Shown: positions 58,378-64,000 of the stretch, piece after piece
How positions within the stretch are numbered: the first letter of the stretch is position 1
Layout: the number at the start of each line of letters is the position of its first letter
Notes under the pieces: model-generated
The model's database searches: none
Told to the model about the DNA's origin: nothing
Seen by the model: the letters and a program-made list of their open reading frames with translations, nothing else
NCBI RefSeq assembly: GCF_009914755.1
Contig: NC_060946.1
DNA length: 64,000 bases
Source: the human T2T-CHM13v2.0 reference genome, Homo sapiens
Direction: 5' to 3' (one strand)
Program-made: the position numbers and the translations under genes

Positions 58378-58862
58378 TGTCAACCTAAATAGCAGAGTGA
58401 GAGACTCTAAAAAAATGATGTTTACTTGGGAATAGACATTGTAGTGACAATATGTGTGCCATAGTAACCTGTGTACGTATTTGGGGAGGTAAAGGAAGAC
58501 AAAGGTTTTGAAAAGGAAAAATGAGGATTACATGATTATTTTGAGATAGTTATCCTTGGCTACAAGGATGAATAGCAAGAGTGGTGCTAGTCTGAGGTTG
58601 GACAGGCAGTTGCAGGGCAGATGTCCTCACAGAAAGATTTTTCTGTGTAAGTTTGCAGTGGCCTTTGTGCAGGGTTGTGGTTTTTGCATTTTTTGTGATC
58701 TTGTTATCAGTCATTTGTGCATAAGAACCCTCTTTTCACAACCTTCCTCGGTTTTATTTGTCAGAGTTGTTGTTCTTGTTTTTTCCCATTGGAGAATCAT
58801 GCTTTAAATTTGTCAGAGTTTTTAACACAAACGACTCTGTTTTGATTCTAACAACTTTCATA
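58378..58862 (-). mobile_element. ERV1 (MER4-group, MER65-like) 3' LTR
   Basis: Plus strand starts TGTCAACC and ends ...AACAACTTTCATA, immediately followed by the complement of a polypurine tract (TTTCCCCCTTTT). Confidence 0.7.

Positions 58863-64000
<5,138 letters not shown>

Overview
Human (primate) genomic DNA, very Alu-rich. The + strand carries the last 20 coding exons of MEI1 (meiotic double-strand-break formation protein 1). I joined them by hand at GT..AG boundaries into one frame-consistent 2494-nt stretch that ends ...QDMLCLGGVAVSLSHIRN* at 55905, with a poly(A) signal at 56041. About 1.1 kb downstream lie a CpG-island promoter and a non-coding first exon, most likely CCDC134 (assigned from recalled chr22q13.2 gene order; no CCDC134 CDS is in the window). 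The rest is Alus, L1/L2/MIR remnants, solo LTRs, Tigger/MER20 DNA transposons, a Y3 RNA pseudogene and an ERV1 remnant. Nearly all ORFs in the supplied track are Alu or simple-repeat artefacts. The most unusual region is the last MEI1 intron. It has a U12 (minor spliceosome) donor, GTATCCTTT, and 15 nt later a near-identical 142-bp copy of an upstream acceptor plus partial exon, which could give several alternative C-termini. Other candidates are a 29-nt poison micro-exon, a ~680-bp Alu-mediated tandem duplication, a solo LTR inserted in an Alu, and a consensus-perfect AluYc1. Exon numbers, gene names and repeat subfamily names come from memory and were not database-checked. Repeat boundaries are approximate.
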